Part shown: piece by piece, positions 16,894 to 26,015 of the stretch
Layout: each line of letters opens with the position of its first letter
How positions within the stretch are numbered: position 1 is the stretch's first letter
Assembly: GCA_009835735.1 (NCBI GenBank)
Contig: VXWX01000010.1
Coordinates: 29,772-93,771, forward strand
Source: Acidimicrobiaceae bacterium
Lineage (GTDB): Bacteria; Actinomycetota; Acidimicrobiia; Acidimicrobiales; Aldehydirespiratoraceae
Reading direction: 5' to 3'
Length of the DNA stretch: 64,000 nt
Position numbers and translations under genes: made by a program
The notes under the pieces: model-generated
Told to the model about the DNA's origin: nothing
Database searches by the model: none
What the model saw: the letters and a program-made list of their open reading frames with translations, nothing else

Positions 16894-17862
16894 ATGCCGC
16901 GGAAGAAACTCGCAATCGATGAGGCGACCCGTTCGAAGGACCTCACTGGCAAGACCTACATCGTTACCGGCGCGAACTCCGGCATCGGCCTCGAGACCAC
17001 CCGCCAGCTCGTGAAGCAGGCGGGCCATGTGGTCATGGCCTGCCGCCGGACCGAGGCCGCCGAGGAGGCGGCTCGGAGCTTCGCCGGCCTCCGCGGAACG
17101 TATGAGGTCATGCGGCTCGACCTCGCTGACCTCCAGTCGGTTCGCGAGTTCGTCGCCGCGTTCACCGCCAAGCACGACCGCCTCGACGGGCTCGCGTGCA
17201 ACGCCGGCATGGTGAACATGCGCGGTGACCTCCAGTGCACCAAGGACGGATTCGAGTCGACCATCGGAGTGAGCTACTTCGGCCACTTCCTGCTGACCGA
17301 ACTCCTCCTCGACACACTCCAGGCGACCGCGCCCTCGCGAATGGCGATCGTGTCGTCGGTCGTCCACGCCGGAAGCCCCAGGAACCGGCCGCAGCTGGTA
17401 CTCGACGACCTCAACTACGAGCGGCGCGACTTCAGCAACATGCGTGCCTACGGCGAGGCGAAGGTGGCGACGGTCCTCTACGCCAGGGAACTCGCCGAGC
17501 GGCTGACGGGCACCGGCGTCTCGACGTTCTCTGTCCACCCCGGATGGGCCCGTTCCAACTTCGGGTCGGGCGGCAGCCTGCCGATGCGCGTCGCCATGAC
17601 GATCATGCGCCCTTTGACCCGGTTGGTGTCCGACAGCAACGAGGAGTCGGCCCAGACGACAATCCACTGCCTCTTGTCGGACGACGCACCCCGGCACTCC
17701 GGCGCCTACTTCAGCCAGTGGAGCATCCTCTACCGCGACAAGGAGTGCCGGGCTGGCGGCTGGCCCATGGAGACCCCGAACCCGAACGCCAAGAACATGG
17801 ACACCGCACGGCGGCTAGTCGCCATCAGCTACGACCTCGTCGGGCTGGCCAAGCCCTCATGA
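16894..17862 (+). CDS. SDR oxidoreductase (retinol dehydrogenase/WWOX-like)
   Basis: TGANSGIG, NAG, GHFLLT, YGEAK, VHPG. Confidence 0.88.
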   Translation: MPRKKLAIDEATRSKDLTGKTYIVTGANSGIGLETTRQLVKQAGHVVMACRRTEAAEEAARSFAGLRGTYEVMRLDLADLQSVREFVAAFTAKHDRLDGLACNAGMVNMRGDLQCTKDGFESTIGVSYFGHFLLTELLLDTLQATAPSRMAIVSSVVHAGSPRNRPQLVLDDLNYERRDFSNMRAYGEAKVATVLYARELAERLTGTGVSTFSVHPGWARSNFGSGGSLPMRVAMTIMRPLTRLVSDSNEESAQTTIHCLLSDDAPRHSGAYFSQWSILYRDKECRAGGWPMETPNPNAKNMDTARRLVAISYDLVGLAKPS

Positions 17863-17930
17863 CCTAGCCGGGATCACGGACTATCGAATGGCCCAGTTGA
17901 AGGGGGCTCACCCCGCGGCTGGGATGCGGG

Positions 17931-18710
17931 TCACGCTGGCACCGTCGATAGCAAGGCCGCGGCGAAGGCGGACGCGGTCGCTTCCAGGGGCACTCTGCCG
18001 TTCTGGATGACCTCGACTCGCGACGCGTTCATGTGCAGCTGCAGGACTGCTGTGTGCGGGCTGGCGAAAGGATCAGCGCTGTGTTCGACGAGCGTCACGG
18101 GACAGCGGACCCGGTTGGCGACGTTCTCCATCCGGTACCGTCCGACGGCTCGATGGCCCGCTGCAGGGTCGTCCGCTCGAAGAGCGTCACTGACGAACCG
18201 GGTCAGCTGATCGGTGCTGCCGCCATAGAAGGGCGCTCGCTGGTTCCACAGGTCCAGCAGATGTGAGCCGTCCGACCGGGGCTCCACGGTGTCGATCGGC
18301 TGCTTGCCGGCCCGACGCGCCCGCTCGGTGCCATCGATCCACGGCGTCGATGACAGGACCAAGCGATCGACGAGATGGGGATGGCGGGCCGCCAGCTCGA
18401 CGGCCACTACCCCGCCGGTGTGATGGCCGCACACCGGCATCGGGCTGCGGCCCGACTGCTCGATGACAGCTGCCGCCGCGGCGGCGTAGTTCTCGATCGA
18501 CGGTCCGTCCGGATGCTGGTCGGAGGAACCCATGCCTGGGAGGTCCATCGCGATCAAGTGGAGGCGGTCTTCCAGCGCGATCATCACTTCGCGGAACTCG
18601 TCCCAGCTTCTCGGAGTCTGGTGGAGCAGCAGCACGCACGGGCCCCGGCCCGCCTCTGCCACGTGGATCTGGCCTGACGGTCCGTCGATGTAGCGCCTGA
18701 CGATGCTCAT
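17931..18710 (-). CDS. Alpha/beta hydrolase-fold protein with atypical GHHTG elbow
   Basis: LLHQTP, DLPGMGSS, GHHTGG. Confidence 0.8.
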   Translation of the reverse strand: MSIVRRYIDGPSGQIHVAEAGRGPCVLLLHQTPRSWDEFREVMIALEDRLHLIAMDLPGMGSSDQHPDGPSIENYAAAAAAVIEQSGRSPMPVCGHHTGGVVAVELAARHPHLVDRLVLSSTPWIDGTERARRAGKQPIDTVEPRSDGSHLLDLWNQRAPFYGGSTDQLTRFVSDALRADDPAAGHRAVGRYRMENVANRVRCPVTLVEHSADPFASPHTAVLQLHMNASRVEVIQNGRVPLEATASAFAAALLSTVPA

Positions 18711-18713
18711 CGC

Positions 18714-19568
18714 CTACGGGTGCGATGCGATGAAGTCGATGCTGAGGCGGTTGTACTCCTCGGCGTGCTCGTGCTGGGGCCAGTGTCCGCAGTTGTTGAA
18801 GATCTTCAGCTCAGACCCCTCGACAAGCTCGTGCATCCTCTGAGCTTCGGGCACGTCGCCGAAGGGGTTCTGGCTGCCCCAGACGATCAGCGTGGGAGCG
18901 GCGATGCGTTGCAGGCGCTCGGGTCGCATGAGGTTGCGCTGGCGGACGTCCATCTCTTGCAGGCACAGCAGGTTGTGGAGGTTCTGCTGGAACTCGGACT
19001 GGTGGTAGATGCGGTAGCGGATCTCGACCAGCTCCTCCGAGACGTCCCGCTCGCCGTCGTGCATCAGCAGATGCAGGCGGTCACGGGTCAGGGCGACATC
19101 GTCTTCAAGGGCGGCTCTGGTCGTGGTGGCCTTGATGCGTTCCATCACCTCGGGATTGGCCTTGGTGCCTCCCGCCGCCACGAGCTGAAGAGTCTGGACC
19201 CGATCGGGCTGCTCGCTGGCCAGCCATCCGGCTGTCCATCCGCCCAGCGACTCGCCGACGAGATGGGCTCGAGCGATGCCCATCGCGTCGAGATAGCCGA
19301 CCAGGTGCTCCACGTACCGTGGGATCTCGTAGGGGTAGTCGGGCTTGGCCGTGTACCCGTGGCCGAGGGCGTCGATGGCGTGGCAGCGCAGACCGGCGGA
19401 GACATGGGGCACGAAGTTACGGGAGAAGGCCTCCAAGTGGCCGCTGGTCCCGTGGAGGAACACCACGTCGGCCCCTTCACCCGCGATGAGCGCCCTCGTC
19501 GGCACGCCGGCGGCTTCGACGGTCCTCACCTCGAAGTCGATTCCGGTCAGATCAGTCCAAACGGTCAC
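18714..19568 (-). CDS. Meta-cleavage product hydrolase (MhpC/BphD-like)
   Basis: HGTSG, GESLGG, CGHWPQHE; GTG 19568 after AGGAGG. Confidence 0.82.
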   Translation of the reverse strand: MTVWTDLTGIDFEVRTVEAAGVPTRALIAGEGADVVFLHGTSGHLEAFSRNFVPHVSAGLRCHAIDALGHGYTAKPDYPYEIPRYVEHLVGYLDAMGIARAHLVGESLGGWTAGWLASEQPDRVQTLQLVAAGGTKANPEVMERIKATTTRAALEDDVALTRDRLHLLMHDGERDVSEELVEIRYRIYHQSEFQQNLHNLLCLQEMDVRQRNLMRPERLQRIAAPTLIVWGSQNPFGDVPEAQRMHELVEGSELKIFNNCGHWPQHEHAEEYNRLSIDFIASHP

Positions 19569-20526
19569 GGTCGTCCTCCTGTTCGCTCGACGGATCGTCG
19601 GGGGTGAAGACGGCGACGGCCATGCCGGTGAGCCATTCCGGCACGGCCGCATAGGACAGAACGTCGCCTTTGGCCGAGCCGACCGCGGCTCGCATGGCCA
19701 GCCACGCCCTGATCTCATTGCCGCCGTTGCCGGCCGCGGCTACGAGTGCTCGGTTGCCGAGCTGCTGGGCGAACGTCTCGTGTTCGCCGGCGACCAGGCT
19801 GGCCAGGAACGCCTGGTCGAAACCGCTGTTGATGACGGCGGGCGAATCGAGGATGATCCGGCGCCGGCGCGACTCGTTCGTGGACCAGCCGGTGCGGGCC
19901 TGCCGCCACGACTCGACGAGGAACCGGTCGTCGTCGGTGCTGGGGCTCGACCAGTCGGGGAAGGGCAGCGTGTGGCTGAGGCCGCCCGTGGCGATCATCA
20001 CCACTCGCCTGTCGCCCGGCAGGGCGTGGGCGGCGGACCTGAGCGCGTGTCCGAACCGGCAGGTCCTGAGCAGGGTCGGCAGTGGCGGTGCGAAGACGTT
20101 GATGACGACGGCCACCACGGGAACGCCTTCAGGCAACAGGTACTGGATGGCGTGGCTGATGCCGTGGTCCACCATCAGCTCGGTGGAGAAGGCCATGTCG
20201 ATTCCACCGTCGACGAGCCGCTCGCAGAGTCGCAGCGCGGCCGGCGGGTCGGTGATCTGCGGGCCGGCCGGAGTGCCGTGCTCGCCCGTGCCGATCAGGT
20301 CCCCCACCCCGATCGTGAAAGCGGGCATGAGGTCCAGGCCCGTGCCTCTGAAGTGGTTGGAGCCGACTATCACCGCGAGGTCCGGGGCCCGATGTTCGAG
20401 CCGCCCGCTGGCGTCGCTCAGGGCGTCGCGGAATTGACGGGCCCGGTCGAGGTGGGCCACCTCGTCCCAGCGGGTGTTCATGAGAGTGGTGTGCGACGCG
20501 CCCACACCGAGCACGACCCGGCTCAT
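19552..20526 (-). CDS. Type II extradiol ring-cleavage dioxygenase (LigB/MhpB family)
   Basis: ASH, NHF, VDHG, TGGLSH, GNEIRAW. Confidence 0.88.
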   Translation of the reverse strand: MSRVVLGVGASHTTLMNTRWDEVAHLDRARQFRDALSDASGRLEHRAPDLAVIVGSNHFRGTGLDLMPAFTIGVGDLIGTGEHGTPAGPQITDPPAALRLCERLVDGGIDMAFSTELMVDHGISHAIQYLLPEGVPVVAVVINVFAPPLPTLLRTCRFGHALRSAAHALPGDRRVVMIATGGLSHTLPFPDWSSPSTDDDRFLVESWRQARTGWSTNESRRRRIILDSPAVINSGFDQAFLASLVAGEHETFAQQLGNRALVAAAGNGGNEIRAWLAMRAAVGSAKGDVLSYAAVPEWLTGMAVAVFTPDDPSSEQEDDRDRLD

Positions 20527-21785
20527 GTGTCGCCTCCGAAGTAGCCGAAGACGGTCCGGATGAGGAGGCGCGACAGGGCGACCTGGTCGCTGGGCGCGAC
20601 CGCGTTCATGCCGTACTGGAAGTCGACGTCGACGCCGGGCTTGGAGACCTTGGGAAGGCCGACCCGCGCCGTGGGGATGCCGCTGGCGCGGAGGATATTG
20701 GCGTCCGTGGCACCGGACAGGCCCCGTACCGGCTGGTGCAGCCGGCCGGTCTCGGCCTCCCAGGCCTTGACAGCCGCCTGCACGACCGGCTCCGAGGGGT
20801 CGGTGCAGGTGCCACCGATCGCAACCGTGCGGGTCACGGTGGCGTCGATGCCGGCGGCAGTCGCTCGCCGGCCGACGCGTTCTGCCAGCGCCCGCTCGGC
20901 TGAGTCGGCATCGACTCCGGGCGGGATGCGGAGATCAACCGTGAACTCACATGTGCAGCCGGTGAACGCGGCCGCGGAAGGGTCTCCACCTCGGACTGCG
21001 GCCACGATGCCCTGCGGCCGGTTGAACTCATCGGATCGAGCCTCGGCCCATTCTTCGATCCAGGACTCCAGGTCGAGGATCAGGTCGGCGGCGTCGGCGA
21101 TGGCGCTGCGGTATGCGAGCAGGTGGCGGCTGCCGGCATACGTGTGGATGCCCGACACCCGCACGGTGAACCAGGCCAGGCCGACCTCGCTCCACGACAC
21201 CGCCCAGCCGGACTTGGCGATCACGGCCGCGTCCGGGCGGACGGCGTCGATGAGCGCCTCGCACCCCGCGCCGTGGCCGTCCCGCAGGTGCGGCGCACGC
21301 CGGTTCACCGGCATGCCCAGGCATCCGAAGCCGGCGATGACCCGGCCCGGCAGGTCGGCTCCGGCGGACAAGAGCGCTTCGACCGCCATGAGCACACATG
21401 CGGCATGGCCCTTGGGGTTCTGAGCACCCAACCCAACCATCCAGCCGTGCTCTTGACGGGCTTCAGGCTCCATGTCGGGTCGGGCCTGCGGGCTGGCCCA
21501 GGGGAGGCCCAGATCCGGATCCCCCGCGGTGAGCGTGTCGATCGGCGAGTACAGCAGCAGCGACGGGCCGCACCCGTCCGATCCCAGGACGCCCCAGGAG
21601 TTGGCCGCATTGGCATCGAGCCACTGGGTGCGGCCCTGCATGCCGACCGCGTTGAGCGACTCCGCTATCTGCGCGGCTAGGGCACCTTCTTCGCCCGTCG
21701 GCGAAGGCGTGGCGACGAGCATCCCGGTGAGCTCGCGCAGCCGGGACGCCGACACCCGGTCGAGGGCGTCGTCGAGCGCGCTCAT
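20523..21785 (-). CDS. M20/ArgE-DapE fold protein lacking canonical metal ligands
   Basis: SPTGEE, dimerisation domain and GATDA are present; the metal-ligand positions are substituted. Confidence 0.7.
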   Translation of the reverse strand: MSALDDALDRVSASRLRELTGMLVATPSPTGEEGALAAQIAESLNAVGMQGRTQWLDANAANSWGVLGSDGCGPSLLLYSPIDTLTAGDPDLGLPWASPQARPDMEPEARQEHGWMVGLGAQNPKGHAACVLMAVEALLSAGADLPGRVIAGFGCLGMPVNRRAPHLRDGHGAGCEALIDAVRPDAAVIAKSGWAVSWSEVGLAWFTVRVSGIHTYAGSRHLLAYRSAIADAADLILDLESWIEEWAEARSDEFNRPQGIVAAVRGGDPSAAAFTGCTCEFTVDLRIPPGVDADSAERALAERVGRRATAAGIDATVTRTVAIGGTCTDPSEPVVQAAVKAWEAETGRLHQPVRGLSGATDANILRASGIPTARVGLPKVSKPGVDVDFQYGMNAVAPSDQVALSRLLIRTVFGYFGGDT

Positions 21786-21876
21786 GGCTGCGATGGCGGT
21801 CGCACGGATCCGATCCAGGTGCCGGTGGTCCTGGTGAGGAGACGCACGAACAGCCGCATCAGGAAGGACAAGGGGT

Positions 21877-22770
21877 TCATGACACGTCGGTGACACCCGG
21901 CCGGTCGGCCTGGTCAAGGAAGCCGGCGACCACCGAGTGGAAGTGCTGGGGGCGTTCCTCCTGCAGATGGTGAGACGCCTTGTCCATCACGTAGAGCTGG
22001 CCGTGCTCGATCATGCTGGCCAGCATCAGCGGGTAGTCGGGAGTGAGGAAGGCGTCGTGCATGCCCCAGGCGAACAGCACCGGGCAGCGGATGGCGCCCA
22101 GTTCGGCGGTGAGGTCCTGCCACTCGCCCCTGGGGCTGTCGCTGCGGGCGGCGAGGCTCATCTCCTCGGTATCGATGGACTGCCGGTAGCGGCGCTCGAC
22201 GGTCTCGTCGGGGATGGCGTCGGGGTCGTACCACTCCAGTGCCGCCATCAGCGCCCGCATCTTGGCCTCGGTGGGGCCCTCGCCGCCGAAGTAGGCATCG
22301 CGAGCTCTCCGACCCCTTCGGCCACCTTCGGGCAGCGGCGCCAACGGCCCCCTGAACACCGGCATCGACCCGGTCACGACCAGCGACCGGACGTTGTGCT
22401 GGTGCTTGGCGGCCAGATTCAAGGCGATGGAGCCGCCCCAGGAGTTGCACACGAAGTCGGCCCGAGGCACGCCCAGCGCCGCCAGCAGGTCCGAGATGGT
22501 GCGGGCGTGGAAGTCCCACATGGGGCCGCGGATAGTGCGCTTGTCGGACTGGCCGTACTGGAGCAGGTCCACGAGATGGCAGACCCGGTCAGCCGCGAAC
22601 AGCGGGGCCACCGCTCCGAAGTCGGTCCAGGCCGTGCAGCCCGGCCCGCCGCCGTGCAGGAACACGGTCGGCGGTCCGGCGTCGCCCAAGGTGATCACGT
22701 GGTATGCGACGCCTCCGGCGTCGACCATGCGGCCCGCGGGCTCAGGCCCGATCGGCTCAGGACCGATCAT
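21877..22770 (-). CDS. Alpha/beta hydrolase (MhpC/HsaD/OxoH-like)
   Basis: HGGGPG, CNSWGG, WGMHD, SHHLQEE. Confidence 0.85.
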   Translation of the reverse strand: MIGPEPIGPEPAGRMVDAGGVAYHVITLGDAGPPTVFLHGGGPGCTAWTDFGAVAPLFAADRVCHLVDLLQYGQSDKRTIRGPMWDFHARTISDLLAALGVPRADFVCNSWGGSIALNLAAKHQHNVRSLVVTGSMPVFRGPLAPLPEGGRRGRRARDAYFGGEGPTEAKMRALMAALEWYDPDAIPDETVERRYRQSIDTEEMSLAARSDSPRGEWQDLTAELGAIRCPVLFAWGMHDAFLTPDYPLMLASMIEHGQLYVMDKASHHLQEERPQHFHSVVAGFLDQADRPGVTDVS

Positions 22771-23917
22771 TGCCCACCGCCTCCTCCACCAGTCGGCGCC
22801 ATTCGATCAGCGAGATGTCGGGCCGGTAGAGCCGCTCAGGCGGGGCGTCGGTCTCGGCCACCATCCAATGGTCCTGGCGGGAGAACTGGCCGTGGAACAG
22901 CCACCGGATCCCGGCCAGGTACTTGAAGTAGAACAGGGCTCTGGCCAAGCCGGTCTTGAACTGGACCATGACACCCACGTACTTGGTGCGCCCGGCCTCG
23001 ATCGGGACGTAGAACTCGTAGTGGATGAACTGCGGGTAGGCGATCCGGAGCATCCCCGGCACGGCTAGCGAGGCGAAGCCGGGGAACTCCTGGGACAGGA
23101 TGTACGGGTCGTTGCGCCTGGCTCCTCCGGTGTTGCCAAGCATCGAGCCCTGGCGCTGCTTGGGCTTGATCTTCCACCAGCGGTGGTTGGACCAGGTGCC
23201 GAGGTCACCGAAGTCGGCCTCCCAGTGGCGCTCGTCCTCCACCCGATAGAGCCATCGTCCGTGGCGCTCGATGTGAATCTTGTTCCAGGTGGGCATGACC
23301 TTGAAGGTCCTCCACCACGATGTGCGGTGCAGGTACTTGGCGTGGCCCTCGTCGAACCCGTTCTCGGCGAACAGGCGCCAGTCGCCATCGCGGTCCTCGA
23401 TGCGTCCACCGACGGCGTACGGCGGCGGATCGACAAGTTCCTCGGGCAGTTGCTCGGCCAGTGGATGGGGCTCGGCGTCGCCCACGAACACCCAGACGAG
23501 CCCCACGGCTTCGGCCGTCGGGTAGGTGCGCACCGCGGCCTTGCCGCACATGGGTGAGTCAGGACCGTCGGTGATCACCGCCACCAGCTCGCCGTCTCTC
23601 AACCGGTAGGTCCAGCCGTGGTACGGGCACGAGACGGTTCCCGGAAACTCCTGGGTGCCCTGGCTGAGCTTGACACCGCGGTGAAGGCAGCGGTCGTGCA
23701 GGGCGTACACCGACCCTCCTAGGCCTCGCTGCAGGACGATGTCGTGCCCGCAAACCCGCCGGGCCACCGGCGAGTCGGAGACCTCGTTGGCCCACAGGAT
23801 CGGGTACCAGTAGCCCTCCAGGCCCGAGGCCGCCGCGTCGTAGGTGGGCCAGGTCGACCAGTCGGCACGTCCAGTCGACCTCCTGGCCTCCTCGGAGCTT
23901 CTGTGAGCGGCTGCCAT
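22757..23917 (-). CDS. Homotrimeric Rieske ring-hydroxylating oxygenase (OxoO/CarAa type)
   Basis: DRCLHRG..CPYHGW Rieske motif; ENGFDEGH...H mononuclear Fe site; no beta-subunit gene. Confidence 0.88.
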   Translation of the reverse strand: MAAAHRSSEEARRSTGRADWSTWPTYDAAASGLEGYWYPILWANEVSDSPVARRVCGHDIVLQRGLGGSVYALHDRCLHRGVKLSQGTQEFPGTVSCPYHGWTYRLRDGELVAVITDGPDSPMCGKAAVRTYPTAEAVGLVWVFVGDAEPHPLAEQLPEELVDPPPYAVGGRIEDRDGDWRLFAENGFDEGHAKYLHRTSWWRTFKVMPTWNKIHIERHGRWLYRVEDERHWEADFGDLGTWSNHRWWKIKPKQRQGSMLGNTGGARRNDPYILSQEFPGFASLAVPGMLRIAYPQFIHYEFYVPIEAGRTKYVGVMVQFKTGLARALFYFKYLAGIRWLFHGQFSRQDHWMVAETDAPPERLYRPDISLIEWRRLVEEAVGNDRS

Positions 23918-23933
23918 CAGTGGTATGCGGCCC

Positions 23934-25298
23934 CTACAGGCCGGGAGCCTTCGTGTGGTGGTCGGTTCTGCGCTGGAAGGCTTCGCCCACCGCTGCCAGG
24001 GTGCGGTCGGCGAAAGGCCGCCCGATGATCTGGAAGCCGATCGGCATCCCGTCGCCGGCGAACCCGCCGGGGAGGGCGATCGCCGGCAGTCCCGCGGCGT
24101 TGACCGGGAACGTGAACTGTGTCGTCGCGGGGATCAGCGGGACACCGCCGAGTTCGACCGCGCCGTGGTCGAGCACCTGGTTGGGGTTGACGGGGGCGAC
24201 GATCAAGTCGACGCCCTGTTCGTCGAACACGTCGAGGTAGGCGCGCTCGAACGACATCCGTTGGGCTTGGGCGGCGGCCAGCGCGGTACCCGGGATCGCA
24301 GCTCCGGAATCCATGATCGCCCGAGGCTCCTCGCCGATCAGCTCGTTGCTGGAGGACCGCAACTCCTCCAGCAGGGCGGCCGACTCGGCGAACACGATGG
24401 CCGCGCCCGCGTCAAAGTGCTTCGCGGTGTGGGGCACCCGCACGGTACGCACCTCGGCCACCACGGATCCGAGCACGTCGACGGCCTCCTCCAGTACCGC
24501 CCGCACCTCGGGATCGGTCTCGAACCCGTCGAAGAAGTCCTCGTCGGGAACTCCCAGCACGAGGGTGCCGGGCGTCTCCGCGGGCGCGAGCGCGGTCTTG
24601 GCCGAGTACGGATCCAACCGGGAGAAGCCGGCCATGACGTCGAGCAGCACCCCGCAGTCGGCGGCCGTGCGGGCCATCGGGCCGACGGTGTCGTAGGTCC
24701 AGGAGATGAGATGGACGCCGTCTCGCGGTACCGCGCCCCGGGTGGTCTTGATGCCGGTCGTGCCGCAGCAGTTCGACGGGATCCGCACCGACCCCCCGGT
24801 GTCGGTTCCCAGCGCGCCGAACACCTGGCGGGCAGCCAGGCTGGCCGCGCTTCCCCCCGACGACCCGCCCGTCATCCGCTGGGAGTTCCATGGATTGCGC
24901 GACGCCGGGCACGACACGCCGTAGGCCAGCTCATGGGTGTTGGTCTTTCCCACGATGACTGCTCCGGCGTCGCGCAGGCGGCTGACCACGGTCGCGTCGG
25001 CGTCGGGCGTGAAGCCTCTGAGTGCGTCGCAGTTGGCTTCCGTGGCCACCCCCTGGGTGAAGAAGAGGTCCTTGAGCGCGACCGGGACTCCGTGAAGGGG
25101 GCCACCAACCTCGCCCCGGTCGAGGCGGGCCGCGTCTGCTCGGGCCGCGTCGGCCTGGACCGACGCGAACGCCCCGACCGCCGGGTCGGTCTGCTCGATC
25201 CGGGCCAGGGACGCCTCCAGCAGTTCGGAGGCGGTCACCGTCTTGGACCTCACCGCTTCGGCCGCCTCGGTGAGGCTCATCTGTGTCAGGTCGGTCAT
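23934..25298 (-). CDS. Amidase-signature family amidase
   Basis: GPLHGVPVALKD, GGSSGGS, GTDTGGSVRIP. Confidence 0.92.
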   Translation of the reverse strand: MTDLTQMSLTEAAEAVRSKTVTASELLEASLARIEQTDPAVGAFASVQADAARADAARLDRGEVGGPLHGVPVALKDLFFTQGVATEANCDALRGFTPDADATVVSRLRDAGAVIVGKTNTHELAYGVSCPASRNPWNSQRMTGGSSGGSAASLAARQVFGALGTDTGGSVRIPSNCCGTTGIKTTRGAVPRDGVHLISWTYDTVGPMARTAADCGVLLDVMAGFSRLDPYSAKTALAPAETPGTLVLGVPDEDFFDGFETDPEVRAVLEEAVDVLGSVVAEVRTVRVPHTAKHFDAGAAIVFAESAALLEELRSSSNELIGEEPRAIMDSGAAIPGTALAAAQAQRMSFERAYLDVFDEQGVDLIVAPVNPNQVLDHGAVELGGVPLIPATTQFTFPVNAAGLPAIALPGGFAGDGMPIGFQIIGRPFADRTLAAVGEAFQRRTDHHTKAPGL

Positions 25299-25328
25299 GG
25301 GATTCCTTCCTTTCTTCGTGCCGCTCTC

Positions 25329-26015
25329 TCAGATCAACAACCGCCGAGCGACTCGCGCCGCCAGGTCGGGGTCGGAGGCCGGTCCGCTGTCGACGATCTC
25401 GCCCTTCTCAAGGACGATGAAGCGGTCGGCGAGCCGCTTGGCCAGCTCGAGGTGCTGCTCGATGAGGAGCACTCCCCGCCCCGCATCTCGCGCCGATTCG
25501 ATGTGATCGCCCAACAGGGCGACGTTGGAGGGCTGCAAACCCTCGGTGGGCTCGTCCATCACCAGCAGCGACGCGTCCGTGGACAGCGCGATGGCGGCGG
25601 CGAGCATCTTCTGCTCGCCGCCCGACAGTGTTCCCGTCCTCTGGGAGCCGCGCCCGGACAGCGCTGGACCGAACGCGTCGAGCATCCGATCGTGGCTCTC
25701 GGAACCGAAGCCGCTGAGGCGAAGGTTGTCGCTGACCGTGAGCGCGCCGAACAGGGCCCGCTCCTGGAAGGTCGCACGCAGCCCGGCCCGCACCCGCCGC
25801 GAGGGCGGCATCCGGGTGATGTCGACACCGTCGAGGTGCAGAGCGCCTCCGGTGGAGCGCAGCACACCGAGAACGGTCCTCACCAGCGTGGTCTTGCCCG
25901 CGCCGTTGCGGCCCACCAGCGCGACGATCTCGCCGCTCGACACGGTGAGGCTCACGCCGTGAAGCACCGGCACCGTGCCGTAGCCGGAGCGCAGGTCGGT
26001 GGCTTCGAGGCGCAT
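25329..26015 (-). CDS. ABC transporter ATP-binding protein (UrtE/LivF-like)
   Basis: GRNGAGKT, LSGGE, DEPTEGLQP, EQ. Confidence 0.9.
   Translation of the reverse strand: MRLEATDLRSGYGTVPVLHGVSLTVSSGEIVALVGRNGAGKTTLVRTVLGVLRSTGGALHLDGVDITRMPPSRRVRAGLRATFQERALFGALTVSDNLRLSGFGSESHDRMLDAFGPALSGRGSQRTGTLSGGEQKMLAAAIALSTDASLLVMDEPTEGLQPSNVALLGDHIESARDAGRGVLLIEQHLELAKRLADRFIVLEKGEIVDSGPASDPDLAARVARRLLI

Noticed and set aside
23934-25298. gatA
   Set aside because: No gatB/gatC; catabolic context.
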